From Eledone cirrhosa (taxonomy: Eukaryota), in contig OZ024754.1 of NCBI GenBank assembly GCA_964016885.1, positions 40,982,001 through 41,046,000 of the forward strand: a stretch of 64,000 nt of DNA. Direction: 5' to 3'. Positions 60,801 through 64,000 of the stretch are shown piece by piece. The position numbers and the translations under genes were made by a program. The notes under the pieces were generated by a model. The model worked only from the letters and a program-made list of their open reading frames with translations, did not search any database and was not told the DNA's origin. Every line of letters starts with the position of its first letter. Within the stretch, counting starts at the first letter, position 1.

Positions 60801-63800
60801 TACTTTGTTCTGTCCTACGCCATCTTGTTTTTGTGTGTGTTGTGTTCTTAGTTTGCGCATGTGTTACATCCGGGTGTCTGTGTGTGTTTTTATTTGTTTA
60901 TTTATTTGTTTAATTACATGTTACTGGTTGGTTGTTTGTTCTATGTGTGTGTGTGTTTTCATTTTGTCCTTAATTGTAAGTTGTGATGTTGCTATTCCAT
61001 TCATGTTTTCTATTTAATTTTGGTTGGAGTTCATTTATGTTTATTGCCTCTGTGATTTGTCTAAACATTGCATCTTTTCTGTGTGTAGATTCTATTTTTA
61101 TTTCAATGTTCTCTAATTTGCCCTTATGTTCTATTTTAGCATGTTGGTGGAGTATTGATGATTCTTTTTTTATCTTGAAGTTCTCGCCAGTGTTCATTTA
61201 ACCGTTCTCCTATACTACGAGCTGTCTCACCTATGTACACTATATTCTTATCTTTACATTGTCCTTCAGTACATCTTATGCTATATACTACATTTCTAGT
61301 TTTACAGTTAATATGGGGGCTTAGTTTACAGATTATGTATTTCTTATCTATACAGGGAGGTATATATCCACTATATATGGTTAGGAATGTATATATTCAC
61401 TATGTATGGTTAGGAATGTATATATATATTCTTACGTTTAAATCCTTTGTGTTTTGTTGTTTCTAGGCAGAATACTTTCTTCTAAATTACTTCACCTGTC
61501 AATAATAGGCGTTAGATGAATGTGGAGATGATATAAGGCATGGAACAGGAACCTAGCTATGGGGAGATTTATCTCTTAACACTAAGTCTTGATTCTTAAA
61601 AAATCTCTTTTTAAGAAATACTACACACACACACACACTCTCTTTCTCTATGTACATCTCTTTCACTTGGTGCTCCCCCTCTATATAGATGAGGGCGGCG
61701 TCATAACTGTCTGTCTATCTACCTCACACACACCACGCCACCAATACCACCACACCACCACCAATACCACCACCACACCACCACCAATGTACATATCTCT
61801 CGCTTAGTGCTCCCCCTCTCTCTATATATAAAGTGAGTGTGGCAGACGGAGGGACAGACAGACAGACAACGCTCTTATTATAATATAGATTTACATAACC
61901 TGCTTCTCTTTCTCTTAATATTTGTTAGGACGATCCTGGTGAAGACAATGCTGCACTTCTACTGATGTTTCCCTATCCAGGAGCTCCCACAGTTAATCCA
62001 CAGCTTCATTTGTCACCACGTGTTGAAAAGTAGGGGAAAAACTTACTTTTATTCCATTACATTTTTTACTAAAAAATCATCATCATCATTTAATGTCAGT
62101 TTTCTCTGCTAGTAAGGGCTGGATGTCATCATCATCATCGTCATCATTTAACCAGTAAAACACTTTACCTCACATAATTATCTCAAATAGGGCGGTGGGG
62201 TGGATTGGCAGTATCGGTGGAGGGTCGGATGCCATGCCTTGCAGCATAGAGTTACGGCTGCCTTTTACAGTCTGAGTTCAAATCCCGCTGAGGTTAACTT
62301 TGCCTTTCATCCTTACGGGATGCACTGGGATAATTGCTGGCCTTGTGCCTAAAGTAGAAACAATAATTATCCCACATAATATCGAATCTATGAGATTTTG
62401 ATATTATTTATTTTGAGAACAATACTTTAACATCAGTATGAGTGGCTGGTTACTGCTGGTTTGAACAGAAAGAAGTGAGAGAATTCTGGCCGGATATGAC
62501 CGGTTTAAATGCTAAAGGGTTAACCCATGGTTAAAAGTTAACTGGATCAATATTGTAACTTGTTGACTTTGACAAAACAAAATCCTTATTTCTCTTTTAA
62601 TTAAATTCCTTTTATCTTTCTTTCATCAGTGCTTTGGGAGGTTCAGCTAATTTAAGGATTCCTCCATTTCCAAACGGAGGAGTTCTCATTGATTATGTAC
62701 CAAAGGTGAACCAGTTGTTAAAAAATAAGGTAAATATTAAGAGATTTGTAAACCTCCATTTTATTTGCAAGCATCATCCTTTTTTCATTGATGTATGTAT
62801 TAACCCACACTTAAAATACAGGCTAGTATTAGCCCATAGATACACTTGCTAGTAATATTAACCCTCAGACAAATCTACTGCTAGTATTAAACCATAGATA
62901 TACCTACTGTTAATATTAACACATAAATATAATGTTGTATTAACCCACAGATAAACCTTACTTTTATATACAGCATGATTGAAAAGTAACTCCCTATTGA
63001 ATACTGAAAGGTATCTCACCATCTTGCAAGATGACATCTGGCCAGTTATCAGTATTTGGGAGAATATTTAAGATTTGATTTTGCTATTGTTGTTCGTGAA
63101 TGGTTGAATGCCGACTTCCTTGGGAGATGGATGTGTCGTTGTGGTCCGCATGGGTAGCCAGCCAGAAGCCCTGACTTAACACCCTGCGACTTTTTTCTTT
63201 GGCGTTGGTTAAAAGGAGCAAGTCTACTCTACCAAACCAACGACTTTGGAAGAACTTGAAGGGCAAATACAAGAAGTTAGGTCTTCCACCCCACAAGAGT
63301 TCCTGGTGAAATCAGTTGATGTGGTTCCCAGGTGGCTTTGAGAAGCTGGTGGCAAATACTGGTACGCATGTTGAATTTTAAGTAAAACTCCATGCTATAC
63401 ACTTTCTTCTCATATTCAATTCTTGTAAAAATTAAAGTTAGGAAATAAATTATAAGAATTTTAAAATAGGGAGTTACTTTTCAATCACTCTGTAGATAAG
63501 GGAATGAAAAGAAATGCTCCTGTAATATTTCAATTGATGTAGGACTGACCCTTAATTATAGTAATGAAATATTTGATAAGGTCTGACCCTTAAAAATAGT
63601 AATGAGATATTTAAGGTCTGACTCTTAAAAATAGTAATGATATTTAAGGTCTGACCCTTAAAAATAGTAATGAGATATTTGAAAAGGTCTGACCCTTAAA
63701 AATAAGAATTTAAAAAAAAAATGAGATATTTGGTAATAATAATAATAATGGGATACTTAGTAAGGTCCTGGCCATTAAAAATAGTAATGAGATATTTAGT

Positions 63801-63913
63801 AAGGTCTGACCTTTAATAATGAAATATTTGGTAATGTTTCAGGTGGAACAAGTTGTACAAAGTTACGAAAAAAGGAAAGAATATATAGCTTCTTTCTTAA
63901 GTCATTTTGCAAG
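54834..63913 (+). CDS. BABAM2: BRISC and BRCA1-A complex member 2 (BRE/BRCC45), first 8 coding exons; continues beyond the window
   Basis: Exons: 54834 (or in-frame ATG at 54813)-54955, 56346-56422, 58524-58621, 59265-59456, 60080-60157, 61929-62029, 62630-62729, 63843-63913. Motifs: [60 protein letters not shown] and [13 protein letters not shown]. Confidence 0.95.
56745..57085 (-). mobile_element. CR1/L2-like LINE 3' fragment
   Basis: Nearly identical to 29389-29860 but without the SINE insert; contains two copies of the 61-bp unit. Confidence 0.75.
57581..57796. mobile_element. piggyBac-like MITE (TTAA-CCCTTTAGCATTTA TIR), representative copy
   Basis: TTAA at both ends with inverted termini. 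Other copies: 5069-5274, 5577-5746, 20210-20421, 28634-28854, 38021-38210, 59520-59745, 59830-60056, about 62155-62523. Confidence 0.85.
58108..58345. repeat. About 61-bp tandem repeat (4 copies) within a dispersed element that also occurs at 18700-19215
   Basis: Unit ggtcaaccagggaggggttcctccagcaggagtgagaaagccctggattggattggtttgga. The upstream part matches 18700-19200. Confidence 0.8.
59520..60056. mobile_element. Two oppositely oriented piggyBac-like MITE copies (59520-59745 and 59830-60056)
   Basis: Same TIRs and TTAA ends; the internal sequences are reverse complements of each other. Confidence 0.85.
60685..61360 (-). mobile_element. 5'-truncated Penelope-like retroelement (GIY-YIG endonuclease remnant plus pLTR)
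   Basis: Translates as [44 protein letters not shown] (frameshift) [13 protein letters not shown]...[22 protein letters not shown]. It lies in a BABAM2 intron, antisense. Confidence 0.85.
60729..60771 (-). ncRNA. Minimal hammerhead-ribozyme motif in a Penelope 3' pLTR
   Basis: Minus strand: gtca-CTGAAGA-g-gtcaca-gaatg-tgtgac-GAAA-gaac-TT-tgac, about 200 nt downstream of the GIY-YIG ORF stop. Confidence 0.65.
62971..63492 (+). mobile_element. Internally deleted Tc1/mariner element with TIRs and a TA TSD
   Basis: TIRs cagcatgattgaaaagtaactccctatt / aatagggagttacttttcaatcactctg with TA on both sides. Internal remnants SPDLTPCDF and [16 protein letters not shown]. Confidence 0.88.
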
Positions 63914-64000
63914 GTAAGTTGGCTTTTTTGTTGGGGTGGGGATATTATAGACTTTTGTTAAGACATAAAATAGGACTATGTTATACAGTTTTGTGTGTGT

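Overview
Eukaryotic, AT-rich, microsatellite- and retroposon-rich genomic DNA; the repeat families resemble those of octopod cephalopods (inference). Five intron-containing genes were reconstructed by hand from GT-AG sites and frame continuity: (1) the last two exons of an unidentified single-pass membrane protein gene (+, 827-2013); (2) BDP1/TFIIIB B'' (-, 29142-5317, 17 coding exons, about 2174 aa, with a SANT domain and large Pro/Thr/Cys coding repeats); (3) TMEM223 (-, 37375-35823); (4) DDX28 (-, 51737-39576, 14 coding exons, 547 aa); (5) BABAM2/BRE (+, from 54834, running off the window). Non-coding DNA holds SINEs, fragments of RTE, CR1, R4/Dong, CRE, Tx1 and Penelope retroelements, TTAA- and TA-flanked MITEs, mariner remnants and many minisatellites. 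The most notable signals are several minimal type I hammerhead-ribozyme motifs (a convergent pair between two convergent genes, one upstream of and sense to DDX28, one attached to a Penelope GIY-YIG remnant), two long palindromes near inferred promoters, the tandem DDX28-TMEM223 mitoribosome-factor pair, and the modular, repeat-expanded BDP1. No database searches or folding programs were run; homology calls rest on remembered family motifs.
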